From a virus (taxonomy: Duplodnaviria; Caudoviricetes): 50,015 nt of DNA. The number at the start of each line of letters is the position of its first letter. Within the stretch, counting starts at the first letter, position 1. A program made the position numbers and the translations under genes. Below, one piece after another: positions 1-12,962 of this stretch. Under the pieces are notes generated by a model. That model had not been told where the DNA came from. It made no database searches and saw nothing but the letters and a program-made list of their open reading frames with translations. The stretch covers positions 1 through 50,015 of the IMG/VR virus record IMGVR_UViG_3300028595_000002; one strand, given 5' to 3'.

Positions 1-52
1 GTGCCACTATCACTCCAGTCTGAACCAAGTTGAGAACCATCTAAATATGCCT
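1..52. repeat. Terminal 52-bp overlap (identical to 49964-50015); circular assembly
   Basis: gtgccactat...aaatatgcct is present at both ends, and the tail-fibre reading frame continues in frame across the join. Confidence 0.95.
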
Positions 53-1739
53 TTACAGTCCCTGAAGATCTAGATAGTCCAATATGTTTCCAAGCTCCAG
101 TTCCAACTGTGCCAAAATCGTGCAGTGTGTCATCTATTTCTACCAACAATCCATTCCCAGAACTTAATGCAATCCTATTTGAGTTTGGGGTTGAGCTATC
201 TGAAATAACCCCGCCGGCACTAGAACTGTTTAAATAAATCCAGAAATCTATTGCAAAATCACCAGAAAGAGAGAAATCTGTTGAAGTTGGTGCGGTTAAA
301 TAATATAAGTCGGAACTCCCTCCAAAATTCATCACTTGATCAATGCTCGTTCCTGTAACTGTTTCAGTTGTTGCCGTTACGTTGCCACCAACATTTGTGA
401 TAGTGTGAGGGGAGTCCGCCCCATTATAAGAATAATCAACAAAATCATTATCGTTCAAAGCCAAAACAGTGGAGTCGTTGATTTCACCTAACCCACCCAA
501 AAAATGCCCACTTGTATCTGCAGTATCAACTACAAATTTAGTAATAGTTCCTTTCGCATCTTCGAAGTCCCATTTAGCAGAATAGGCATCTGAAATTATA
601 TCAGTTGTATCTGCATTAGATATTACCACTTTCTCATCTATAGTTATAGTCTTTGCTTCTAATTCTACTGTTCAATCATCTACTACATCTTCAAAAACTT
701 CTTGACTTACTCAGCTTCCTCAACTAGCAGTAGACGATATTTCTATCTCATTATTTACTGTTGTTGTTACCGTTATATCTGTTCAAGCTTTTATTTTTTT
801 TAGTTCTAAATCTACTCAAGTCTTTTGTAGATATACTCATTCTCAACTTGTTCAAACATTGCTAGCAGTATTACTTTCTCAACTTCATCAAGTAACCCAA
901 GCTGTTCAATTATAGCTTCTTATTGTATCATCTGTAGAATTCCAATATATATCTCATTCTTGTCAAGCTCCGTTAGCTGTTTCATAAGCATTATCGTCTG
1001 CATACACTTCTAAAGAAATAGCAGCTCCACTTCATCAAGCACCTACTTCACTTTCTGTTCAAGTAGAGTCTTTGGTATAAATCTTAGTAGTTCATCAGTC
1101 GTTTTTAGCATATATTTTTATACTATCAGCAGTTGGGTTTGCAATTACGGTTTGTTCTGATAATTGAATTTGTCCATCAATATGTTTAACTCCTTCAATG
1201 GTTACGCCTGTATCTGTGTTTTCCTCTGAAATAGTGTCGGTCTTTACGCCTGCGGAAAATGTTTTTTCGCCTGTTAATGTTTCTGCTCCTGCCAAGTGAA
1301 CAACGCTTGTATCAATGGCTTTTTCTGTGTCTAACTCATCAATAGCCCCTTGTACTGTTGTCGCTACAATATTTCCTGCTGAGATATTGCTTACTTGTGT
1401 TGCGGTTACTGAGTGCGGATTTGTTGTGCTGTCAATGTGTGTTTGTACCTCTAGTGCGGTTTTCGCATTTCCTGCTCCATCATCAATGCTTTCGGCTTTA
1501 TCAACAATATTATTCGCTGTTGTATCATAAACCGCCTTCGTCATATCTCCACTACCTGAGCCGACTTCACTTTCCGTACCAGATGAATCTTTGCTGTATA
1601 GCTTAGTAGTACCGCCATCATCTTTAGCGTATATCTTTAAGCTATTGGCTGAAGGATTACTAATCGCTGTTTGTTCAGAGACTTGTATTGCTCCGTCTTC
1701 TACGATTAGCCCCTTCTTAATCTTAAATTCATTACTCAT
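1..1739 (-). CDS. Tail fibre/adhesin A, 5' part (joins 48256-49963; 1148 aa total), two LamG/ConA-like domains
   Basis: ATG at 1739; with TGA=Gly there is no TAA/TAG down to base 1 and the frame matches the 48544-49932 ORF; LamG-like motifs (DFAIDFWI, WKHIGL, YLDG). Confidence 0.85.
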
Positions 1740-1748
1740 AGTATTAAA

Positions 1749-4700
1749 TTACATTTTATAAACTTTTATATCTTGCGTAGAGCCAGTTTTATTAGTTACT
1801 ACCCAAGTTTGTACTCAATCTTGCCATCATGTGGCAGAGATATCAAATCCGTTTACCGCCCCTGACTCGTATACATTTGTTGAGTAATTCAAAACCCCAT
1901 CATAATTAAAGGAAAGAGCGGATACTTGAGGGCTTGAGCCTTCATTTGTTGTTTTTAATGAAACTGCAATGTCAATATCATCTGCTACACTCCAAGCATC
2001 GTTCCATATTGTGTCACTAATAGCGTTAAATTGTGTTCCTGTTTGTTGGTTAGCTGTTACAGTTACGGCTTCTGAGATTGCTGCGTTTTGTTCATTTATA
2101 TTTGCGACTGTCCAAGTCTCTGCTCCGCTTGCTCCTGTATTGTAGCACCAAACTCATTCTGTCTCTCAAGTTATTGCATTGCTATTTGAGGCGATATTTC
2201 TCCAGGCTGTATCAGAAGTATCGTAAATTTGGAAAGTTACTTTGTCATCAAATGAAACTGAATAAAAAGCACTTTGACCTGCTGTTGCTTCTGTTACTGT
2301 TCCTGAGTTTAAATCATCCCAAGCAGTAGTGTTAAATTGTCCTGTTGTGCTTGTTACTGCTGTGTAAGTTTGATTTTCTGGTGATGAACCTGCTGTGTAA
2401 GACTCGGTAGGCACTGTGATTGTTGCTCCTGTCCAGCCCCTGTCTGTTCCTTTGGAAATTCTAAACTCATCTATATATCCTAAAAAATCAGAAACGTTGA
2501 CAGAAGGAGAAGTCCCAATTTGTAACGGGTCACCTGAAAAGTGAACTGGTGTTGATACACCATAATCAGTTTTGTTATATGTTCTTGTCCCATTGATATA
2601 AAAATTAATACTCCCGCCATCTCTGACTAATACTAAATGATTCCAACTGTTAGCAATAGCTGTTCCTACATCTACTGCTGCTATTACAAAAGTTCCAGAG
2701 GTAGAAGCTATCCATAATTTAATTGTTGTGCCATCGTGCATTAATATGATTCCATCAGAGTCAGTATTATTTCTAAAATTAAAAAGAGAGTGTAAGCCTG
2801 CTGGGAAACTACTGTATACCAAAAAATCAATTACAAAATCATCAGTTCCCCAGTTGTAATCCGCACTATTAGCAACGCTTAAATAATCCCCAGTCCCATC
2901 AAAATACATTGAAGTTGCACCGAAACCGAATTTTTTTTGGTCTGTTGTGTGAATCGCACCGCTTCTTGTAATTGTGTGAATTGTTCCACCAACCGAAGTA
3001 TCTTCAAAATCAGTATCACCATCAAAAGTATCTGACTGAATTAAAAGTTTTGTGTAGCTATCATTTCCTGCTGCACCATCACTTGTCAATTTAATTACAT
3101 CATCAACCATATTTGCCCCTCGTATCCAGTCAACATCATACTCACCTGTTGCTAAGGTTGCAGTAGTTCCGTCGTTGATTGAAAAAGCTACTTCATCAGT
3201 TGCTTCTCCGTCGTCGGTGATTGTGTTGATTGTGTAGGTTTTGTTGGTGTCGCCATTGATTTGGAAGTTTACATTTTCAATTACACGAGGTTCTGTGTTT
3301 CCTGAGCCGAGGGTGACTGGTGCTGTTGAGGTGTATGCTTCTGTTGGCACTGTAATGGTTGCTCCTGTCCAGCCTCTATCTGTATTTTGAGATATTCTAA
3401 ACTCATCAATATAACCATTAAAATATTGAGTATATGTTGAGACAGTATTTTTCCATGCACCAAGTGTTACCCCGTAGTCTGCTAAACCAAAAACAGTGGG
3501 GGGGGTTGAATCAACATCTATATCCCCGTCTATGTATGTTTTAAAAGTTGTGGCAGTTTTTACAATTGCGTAATGATGCCAATTGGTGTCATTTATAGAA
3601 ATGCTTCCACTATAAGAAGACCAAGAACTTGCACCTAAACCATTCCCAAAATAAACATCTATCTCATTTGATGTACTGTCTAAATATGGAGTGAATGTTT
3701 GTCCTGTGCTATATCCAATACTGAACAATTGCTCACCTACTGAGGTTCTCGTCCTTTTAAACCAAAAGTCAATTACCCATTCGCTATTAGCATTTAAATT
3801 AAAATCTGCATTTGGGCTCACTGATAAATAGTCATCTCCGTCAAACTGTATTGAAGTCGCCCCAAAGTTAGCTGTATCATGTGCATTCGTTGTTTCGTGG
3901 TGTGTGTCTGTGCCTCATGCAGAAATCCCACTTGTATGATCAGTTCCTCCAACACTGGTATCAGTAAAAGCGGTTGAACCGTCAGTCGTGTCTGACTGGA
4001 TTAAAAGCACTGTATCGCTATCATTTCCTGTCCCTATTATTGCAAAATGCCCACTTGTATCTGCAGTATCAACTACAAATTTAGTAATAGTTCCTTTCGC
4101 ATCTTCAAAGTCCCATTTAGCTTCATCTGTATCTGATATAATATCATCTGTAGATGATGAAGATTCCAAAACTTTTTTAGTTACACCTACTACAAAATTA
4201 CAAGAAACACTAACAGAATCATCATTAGCAACTGAATTAAAAGTTTCTATCCCTGATAGCCCCCCTCCTGTTGTTGAGGCGGTTATCTCTATCTCATCAC
4301 CCGTGCTAGTAACTGTTGTATTTAGTCATGCCTTGATCTTTTTGAATTCTAAGTCAACACCGTTTTTTTGTTTAAAAATTCCTTCTCCTGCTGTTCCTAT
4401 ATTAGAAACAGTGTTTGCCTCTCCAGAACCACCTCCCCCACCGTTGTCATCTACATACCCTTGAGTGGCTATTTTGTCATTATTAGAAGTTCCTGTCGCT
4501 ACACTTGAAAGTAAATCAGAAGAATTTAGTTTTATTCATGATGTAAAATCTTTTTCCCCTGCGACTGCCTCATTTCATGTTAATGCGACTGCTCCTGCCT
4601 GTGTCGCCGTTACTGAATGGGGGTTGCTAGTACTATCTAAATGCCCCCTTAAATCTGAGGCTGTCACTTCATTCGCATTTCCAGTATCTAACGCCGTATC

Positions 4701-5960
4701 ACTTCCCTGTGTGTGTTTTTTAGATATGGCGTCCGCTAAGTCTGTATCTGCCTTGATGGTTGCTAAATCTAAATGAGTCGTTGTATCTTCTAAATGTGTT
4801 TTTATCTCTAAGGCTGTTTTAGTATTACCCGCTCAATCATCTACGCTTTCTGCTTTATCTACGATGTTATTCGTATTAGTATCGTAAGTAGATTGTAGCA
4901 TATCTCCTGCCCCTCATCCTCAAGCATTGTCATCAACATATTTTTTAGTGGCTGGGTGATTATCTAGGGTTGGGGTGTATACGTCAGTATTATCTAATTC
5001 TAGTACATTTGATTTGTCTGATTTTAGATCCAATGCGTTTTGTAGGTCTGTTTGAGATGATAGCGTTCAAGTTATGCCTCCCCAAGTCCCTCAAGTTGTA
5101 CCTCAATCTTCCCCATCTATTTTTATTCTCTTTACCTTAACTGACCGATCATCACTTAAAGTAGTAGCTAATAATCTAACATTATTTGAATCTATATCTA
5201 CAGAGAACGCCAAATCGCTTGTGTCTCAAATGTCTGTAGTTAATTGTTCGTTGAATTCAACTGTATCTCATGTCCCGTCCCAAGCACTCATTATTGTACC
5301 TGTTCTTAAATTTGCCCCTTTCTTTACAACATAAAGCCAATGACAAGCCTCTACGTCAGTGTCAGCGAAAGTGTCAATTATTTCTGTTCAAGTATCTATA
5401 TCTAAGTTTTTTGCTCCTTCTAATCAAAATCATGTAATACTTACTCCTCCTCCCCCAGAACCTATCTCTGTTTCTGTTCATGTAGAGTCCTTTTGATAAA
5501 GCTTCGTAGTCCCTCAATCATCTTTAGCGTAAATTTTAATATTGTCAGCTTGGGGAGTATCAATTGTAGTTTGTTCGGTTAGTTGTATCTGTCCATCTAT
5601 AATCTTAACTCACTCTATCGCCACCCCTGAATCTGTAGTTAGCTCATTAATCGTATCTGTAGTAATCGTTTCTGTATACAATCTCCAATCAGTAGGATTT
5701 GTACTAGGCTGTGAATTTGTATTGATTGTTAGTGATAAGTAAATTTCTCAATTATAATTTACCATATCTCAAGCAGAGTAGGATTCTAAAGAATCCCAAG
5801 ATCACATTCTAGTTCAACTAACTCAAACTGCTGTTATATTTGCTATTTCATATACTCAACTAGCATTTACCTTTACGTATTTTCAAGCATCAGCCGTGGT
5901 TGGTTTAGGTGTGTCCCCCTCTCTAAGTTTTCATAGTAAAGGATCAAATTTGCTTCACAT
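1749..5960 (-). CDS. Tail fibre/adhesin B (1403 aa): N-terminal CBM5/12-like motif, two LamG/ConA-like domains
   Basis: ATG at 5960, TAA at 1749; joins track ORFs 3915-4169 and 2166-3821 in one frame; motifs WDSLESYSAGDMVNYNG and FNGYIDEFRIS; paralogue of fibre A. Confidence 0.85.
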
Positions 5961-5969
5961 AATTTAAAT

Positions 5970-6215
5970 TTATGAATAAGATAAAATAGCCCTATCATCC
6001 CAAACATTATCCATGACAATATTTCAATCAGCATAATTTCATAAAGTCATATTCCCCGATATATCATAGGTAAATTTCTTAATCCTAAAAAGAGGTTCTG
6101 TCGTTTTTAAAGAATCTCAAGGCAAACACTCTCAAAAATATATAGCGTTATTGCTAGCATCATAATCGTACAATTGACAATATTTACTAGCATCTATCAT
6201 ATTATTTCAAAACAT
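5970..6215 (-). CDS. Small virion-associated protein (81 aa)
   Basis: Open with TGA=Gly; YFGECLPG...FRIKKF...VWDDRAILSY resembles small proteins that precede fibre genes. Confidence 0.65.
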
Positions 6216-6272
6216 ATTTAATTATTATTAATAATTTTAATGAAGCCCTCCTTAGAGGACTCTATAAAACTA

Positions 6273-6524
6273 CTAATCAGCGTTGGTTGAAGTTACTTTA
6301 TACCAATCTGCATCTGCTCAAGCATTCGCAATCTTTTGATACATTCTATCATCTGATAAATATAAACTTCCTACTGGAACATCGTCTCATAAATCAGCTC
6401 TTACATTTGCTCTTGTATCTCTACTTCAATAGTAGATATACTTACCATCTCATAAGATGAAGTAATTTGATTTATAATCCTTAGTTCCTCAAGCATAATT
6501 AGTGGAATGATCTATTGTGTTCAT
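6273..6524 (-). CDS. Small structural/decoration-like protein (83 aa)
   Basis: ATG 6524 to TAG 6273 with TGA=Gly; lies downstream of the capsid gene. Confidence 0.6.
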
Positions 6525-6703
6525 TTTCTCTTTTTAGTAGATATTTTCTTTTTCTTAGGCTCTTCGATAGCTTCTACATTTGGATTTCTACGTAATACCT
6601 CAATAATTTTTTCATCTTCTGTATTGAAATATCCAAACACATCAAACCTTATCATCTGACCCCTTATGTCAACTACATAAAACTCTTTAGCTTTAAACCT
6701 CAT
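6512..6703 (-). CDS. Small basic hypothetical protein (63 aa) after the capsid gene
   Basis: Track ORF 6521-6703 extended through TGA to TAG 6512. Confidence 0.65.
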
Positions 6704-6704
6704 A

Positions 6705-7838
6705 TTACATTGCTAAGTCTTTAATATAAACATGTGAATTACTAGCGTTCTTGATTTGTAGAGTATATTCTCAAAGGATTCTCTGACTCCAGTAATCTGA
6801 TCCATTAGGAGTAGCATCTTCTGATGAAAATTGTCTATTCTGTAAAGGTACTAGACTAATTTTTGTCGGATCTATTATCGATATCAAGTTCTTATCAAAG
6901 TTTCTGCTAACTACTATATTAGATAGATTACCTAAATCACTTACAAAAGAAGTTACATAAGCCCCTGCTGTTGTTTCTGATCTAGTAATTATTGGATTAT
7001 TACCACTGGTATTAAACGCACTTATTTTTCTTGCTTGTATAGGATGACAAACTATAGTAGATAAATTATCTGCTCCATTTCACATTCATAATTCTATAGC
7101 ATTGTTTATCATAGTCATAGTTAATGCTCATGATGAGCCATCTATCACATTTCAAGATCCTTGTTTCAAAAACCATAACCAACCTCACATGGTTCAAGCT
7201 GTCGTTGCATCTCTTTCAACCCTAGGCATATTCACAGTAGTGTTAACCATATCATATGCGAGATTCTGTAACTGCCTCATTATCTGATAATCCATAGCGG
7301 TATTAATACCGTATTTCTTTACTTCCAAAGAAGTTTTAGAAATCTTGGCTGTTCTGTCAAATATTTGAGTATAGTTATATTCCACACTTGGCTCATATCC
7401 ATTATCTGGGTCTGCATCAGTCGCCTCGTTCTTAGGTCTAGCCATTAAATATACCATAGTACCACTTAATAGGTTCTCATCACTTGAACCACCATAAGCA
7501 GTCACTGCGAACTTGTCATTAGTAGTTATAGCTCCAACCTTACCTATTAAGGTACTAGGTGCTCAAGTAGCCTTTTCAAATCTTACAATATCCCCTTCTT
7601 TTAATCAAGAAGTAGAAGAGATATCAATTTCTCCATCTGCTGCAGTATGGTCTTGATCCATAGTCCAGCTAGTGGGACTTACTACATCTTCTAACCATTC
7701 ATGTTTTGTGGATGTCGCTACTCATCCTGTTCCTATCAGATTTACTAGTATTGGATCATTCTTTATTACCATCTCAAAAGCATCTGATAAATCTCTTTTG
7801 ACATTAGAATAATCGTAACTTAATTGTTTACCTGCCAT
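6705..7838 (-). CDS. Major capsid protein (SU10/DUF5309-like, 377 aa)
   Basis: Motifs KRDLSD, ATSTKHEWLED, YNYTQIF, RILGEYTLQIKN; position after scaffold and portal. Confidence 0.85.
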
Positions 7839-7854
7839 TATTAAATTTTAAATA

Positions 7855-8400
7855 TTAATCTAATTTTTTAGCATTCGATATAAGATACATTAAATCCCCT
7901 CATTTTTTCGCCTTCTCAAAATCATCTGTTTTTATCTCCTTAGAAACCTCTTTAGTTCTAGTATCAAAATCTGGTTTCTCTATTGAAATTTTACTTAAGA
8001 ACTTAACTTGTTTCTCTAGGTTTAGATCATCGTAAATATCTCTATACTCATCTAAAGTTTTTCATAATTTACTCTCTAGTTCTTCTTTTGTCTTTTCTAG
8101 CTTCTCAGTCTTTGTTTGGATATAATTATCATATAGCTTTGCCTTTTCTGTTAATTCGTTAATTAATCATTCTTTTTCTTCTAATAACTTTTCATATTCT
8201 CATTTCTTTTTTCTTTCCTTATCTTCTAAGCCTTGTTTATACTTCCTTAATTCTTCTAATTCCTTCTGCTCTTGCTTCCTCTTATCTCTCTCTTGCTTAA
8301 TAGCAATCGTCTTATTTCTTTCTATTTCTTTTAATTTCTCATAATCCTCTTTACTAACTGTTGTTTCTTCTGCTACTTCTTCCTTTATTTTTTCATTCAT
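7855..8400 (-). CDS. Capsid scaffolding protein (181 aa, coiled coil)
   Basis: E/K-rich helical sequence directly upstream of the capsid gene; track ORF extended through TGA. Confidence 0.75.
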
Positions 8401-8580
8401 ATTATATAATTACATTGTAAATTTTACGTTCCACAACGGAAAACGTCTTAGTCCAATATAAAATATAATAAGTCTTTAGAGGATGTCAAGTTTTATAAGT
8501 ATCTAATTGCTATTAAAATAATCAAGAAAATATATAATACAATATTGGCAATGGAAAACAAAATAATTAAAAGATCAGTC

Positions 8581-9951
8581 TTAGTTTCGATTAGATTGCG
8601 GACTCTGTTCATCGTCCTGTCCTTGAATTGTATTTTTTGAGCCGGTTTGTTGATCTGTAATTTGTTCATTTTTTGTTATTAATTTTAAATCTTCATTAAT
8701 TCTAGATACTTCCATATCTGTATCTTGGTCTGTGAATCATAAATACCTTTGTATAGCTGTAAATCTACTTATTATCTTTGCTTCCCTTGCTGTCGCTAAC
8801 TCCTCTACTAGTTCGGTATCTGATTTAGGTATTACATCTTCAAAGAAAATCTTTAATTCAGTTTTATCTCATCTTAGGTTTAGTTGTCACTCTTCTATTA
8901 GTACTATAAGTATTTGCTCTAGGGTTTTTGTAAATCTATCTCTAATTTCTTTTATAGCCTTAATAAACGCACCTTGCAAGATACTTCTACTAGTTCAACT
9001 TATTGCTCAAGTGTCATGTTTGATACCGAAAAAATCTACAGGAATACCAGTAATTCACGCTATCTTTCTTATTTGTTTTTCCTCATATTCCAGAGCTTTT
9101 TCTATTAATTGATTTTGATTATTTACAAACTCTATCCCTCATACTTCGTCATTGGTTGCTACTATCCTTCCTACCTTATCTATATCAACCAGTCAATTAC
9201 TATCTATCGCATAATCTGGAATTGCTATATTTTTGAAAATAGTATATTGTGAAGTATGCTTTAAGAACTCCGACTCAAACATAGCTATCTTTCTATCTAC
9301 TGAATATGTTAATTGAACTATCTTCTCTAAAATAGACTGGGGGTAATGTATATTCTTAGCGGAGGTATCTTTAGTCACAAATAAGGTATTTATATCCAAA
9401 CCAGTAACCACCTTATCTTGTAGGTTCGATGTGTCTTTTAGTGTATTTAAAGGCACTCTATCTCACTTCTTGTAGTCGTATTGGTTAGGTAGTTTGTATA
9501 ACTCATTATCAATATATCATTCTCAATACACTTGCTTGAGGATATAGTAATTTTCATCCTCATTGTTCGTATCTAGATATAAAGTATATACCCTATGCTC
9601 TTGATTATAGTAAACATAATTATCAGATTGAATATATTCAACCTTTAATTCACCTTGATCTCTTATCAATACTAATAAAGAATAGCCAAAAATTACAAAA
9701 TCTTTTATGCTGTCACATAAATTAATTGAAAAATCTATTTTAGGGTCTCATACATAATTTGCTAAAGTATTAGGCACTACAGTAAAAATTCAACTTCCAA
9801 CATTCATTAATTGAGTCATTGAGTCAGTTTTGAAAAACTTATCTTTTAAATATTGGTAGTTCTCATCAGTCGTATCTTTTAGGTAATCTCAAGTATAATA
9901 ATTCCTTAACTTAGCATTGTTAGTTAGTATGTCTTGTTCATAAGAACTCAT
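8581..9951 (-). CDS. Portal protein (SPP1-like, 456 aa)
   Basis: Open from ATG 9951 to TAA 8581 with TGA=Gly; size and position between terminase and scaffold; ISGTSRSILQG-type motif. Confidence 0.75.
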
Positions 9952-10021
9952 AATAGTATTCATCTGCTTTGATTATTAATAATATCTAATAAATAATTTA
10001 TTTTGCTGTTTTGTCAAGTTT

Positions 10022-12430
10022 CTAAAAGTATTTGAAGATAATCTTAGGTCTTTTTAATTCAAATAACATCCTCATAGCCATACAGTCACTAAAATCTGGG
10101 GATCTTCATAATCTCTCCTTAACTAACTCTTTCCCTTCTATAGCAAACTTTCAATCCTTGTCTAGGTCTTTTATTTTAATCTGTAATAGCTCTTGGGTTA
10201 GTTGCTCCTTAACAAATTCATCACAATTCACATGAACTATTCATAGTTTTATTTGCTCACATAACTTAAAATAACATTGAGATTTTAGATTGGCATAATT
10301 AGCCCTTTTTGCTAAGTCTTTAGTTGCTCTCCTCTCTTCTATAGCTCTAGCATTATTGATAAAACCCCTACATCCTCTAATTTGATCTATTACTCAACCT
10401 CATAATCAATCCTCATCAATTACTATATGGTTTCTTGGGATATTATTTCACATAGAAATACGTATTATTTGCTGTGCCAACTCTTGTAAATCTGTTTTCT
10501 TTTGATGAAAAACCTGTAAAACAGTTAATCATCTCCAAAGCATTATTACGGTTTTGTCATTACCCTTTCTGGCAACATCACAAGATAGATAAAACTTCTT
10601 ATCCTCATCTATAGTAGAGTCTTTCTTGAAAATACTTGAAACTGAATCTATATCCAATAACAATCAATCTTCATCTGAATATTCAAAATTACCGTATAAT
10701 AACCTCTGAACTGTTACGTGATCTCATTTCTTTAAATTATCAACGTATTCTTTCTTGATACTAGGATTATCGGTTACTAAAGCAGGTACAAACGCTTTAG
10801 TGGGTTCTAAATTGCCTTCTTTATACGGTTTGTAGTAGTCATAATAAATCCAATTCCTCGCTGGATTACAAGTAAATAACATTTTAGGTATAGTTTCCCA
10901 ACCTTCACCAGATAAAACCGAAAGTCTTCATCTCAAAACACTGATACATTTGCTGTTGATCTCTTGGGCTTCATCTAAGAATACGCCAGTAAGTCAATAA
11001 CTTCATAATCTGTCGAAGTTAGGATCAGATGGTAAATTCTGTAGGTCAGTTAAAAATATTCGTGATCAATTTTGAAATTCTATTACTCAATCCAAAGCGT
11101 TATATTTGTAAAAAGGCTTCTTTAACCCTAACATCTTTATGATATCAAATAAAGTTATCATAGTTGTTAGTTTTAACCTCTTTAGCTCACATCTTCAAAT
11201 TAACCATTGCGAACCGTTGTACTCTAAGCACTTACTAACTACCCAAAAACATCAGATATAGCTATTATGAGTTACCATGAAATCGTTAGTTATATACAAT
11301 CAATCATCTTTAGAAACTGTAATACATTGTGCTTCTTGTTTTCATATATATTTAATGTTTTTTATAACTAAACCCATTCTACTTCTACCACCTTGATATT
11401 TTGTTCATCTATCTTTTTTTCTTGTTAAATTAAACAATAAAGATCTATCAGACAATGTAACAATAACTTCGTAATATACTCACCGTCTTTTCTTTCATTT
11501 ATAAGTACAAAATTTATTAACAGTAATTAAATTAGCCCTACCTCCTATACTTCTTATTAAATATTGAAAATCTAGTGCTAATTGTTTACTTTTTGCAGTT
11601 AAAGAACATCTTCAGTTTGTTCAAACAGTTCAATCTGTATCCATTAACCCTTTTATACATTGACTCCTAGTATATAGGTCTCCTTCCATTATTTGTCTAG
11701 GTATTTTTTTCTTTTCACATCTAACGCCTTTCATTCATAACTCATTCAAAATATCATTCATTTTCGATCATAAATATCACTTAGCTTTTCTATAACTGCT
11801 AAGGATTCTATAAGCATATTTACGTCAATTGTACTTTGATATAGAAATTCATTTTGGTAACAAACGTTTAAAGCTATCTATTAATTCTTGGTCTTCAGTT
11901 GTAAAAATAACTGCTCCAGTAGTAAGTCATCAATCTCATAATAAAGCACCTACTAAATAAGGATGTAATTTTGTATAAGGTTTTCAAAAATCTAATGCCT
12001 CACATGTTGGAATCTTTATTTTTATTCATCTATCAAAAAAATCCTTTATCTCCCTAAGACTTCTATTAGCTAATGTTTTTTGTCATCTTTTAGGTTTCCA
12101 ACTTAACCATAAATGATCCAAACAACACCTAACCTTAATTCAAGTATCAAACTCAACTTCGTAAATATCTTTTTTTCATTGAGGATGTATTGCTATTACT
12201 TTTGTTGTTCATCAACTTGGACTAATTAAAGATTGTCATATCTTAATCTCTCACATCCTGATCCATCAGTCGGGCGTTAGTATTTTACTATATAAAGGTT
12301 GTGCTTTTCAACCTCTAGCCCCACCTCAATACAATACCTCATTCGTTTTATTGTCATTTAGTAATTGCAAAGCTTGGTACTGCTTAGCAAAAGGCTTAAA
12401 TTCAACGATATGGTTTTCTTGTGATTTCAT
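10022..12430 (-). CDS. terL: Terminase large subunit with intein (802 aa precursor)
   Basis: Walker A LYGGGARGGK/S split by the intein, Walker B VFLDEA, motif III TCNP, nuclease SVDVARKGND and SPDFSD. Confidence 0.92.
11264..12304 (-). mobile_element. Class-3-type intein with LAGLIDADG homing endonuclease (347 aa) in the TerL P-loop
   Basis: Begins AQPLYSKILTPDGW, block B CCLDHLW, LAGLIDADG motifs LVGALLGDG and IKGLMDTDG, block F QCITV, ends DFMVTHN followed by Ser. Confidence 0.9.
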
Positions 12431-12440
12431 ATTAATTAAA

Positions 12441-12896
12441 TTATTCTTCTATCTTAGCATCCTCTACATCCTCTTTCTTATCTTGAGTAGGATTAACTAT
12501 CACAATCTTAGTAGGTGATATAGGCTCTCAATCCCTTCAAGTTACCTCTGAGCGTTTGCTAAACTGATCTTTCAATACCCTTTCCAGATACCATTTGGCA
12601 GTTTCTCCATCCGATAAGTTATCGTAAATAGTCTTCAAGGCTTTCAACATCGGCTTAGCCCTTAGTTGCTCCACCCTTACAGGATCTAGGTGTCAACTCC
12701 TTAGCCAATAATAATAAGTAGTCCTATCCACTCCTATATGCTGACAAGCAGTGGTTACGTTTGCTCAAATGGATAATGCTATTTCTAATTCTGCAATCTT
12801 CCTCTCCCTTGCTTTACTATCCATCCTGAATTTCTTTTGCTTCAATTTAGATTCTCCATCTCTTGATAAATTGGTTTCTTGCTTTTTTCTCGACAT
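12441..12896 (-). CDS. terS: Terminase small subunit (151 aa)
   Basis: HTH ACQHIGVDRTTYYYW, AKWYLER, EVTGRDGEPI; immediately upstream of terL. Confidence 0.8.
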
Positions 12897-12923
12897 TTTT
12901 GTGTTAAAAATAATAATATCTGT

Positions 12924-12952
12924 AATATATATAAGTTTAACTAAAATGTCAA
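12924..12952 (-). promoter_or_regulatory. Sigma70-like promoter for the packaging/structural operon
   Basis: TTGACA-17 bp-TATATT on the minus strand, about 30 bp upstream of the terS ATG. Confidence 0.6.
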
Positions 12953-12962
12953 TTTACTTATA

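Noticed and set aside
1950-4140. Diversity-generating retroelement (TR/VR pair)
   Set aside because: No reverse transcriptase seen; differences between the duplicated blocks are mostly synonymous and not adenine-specific; both copies are coding
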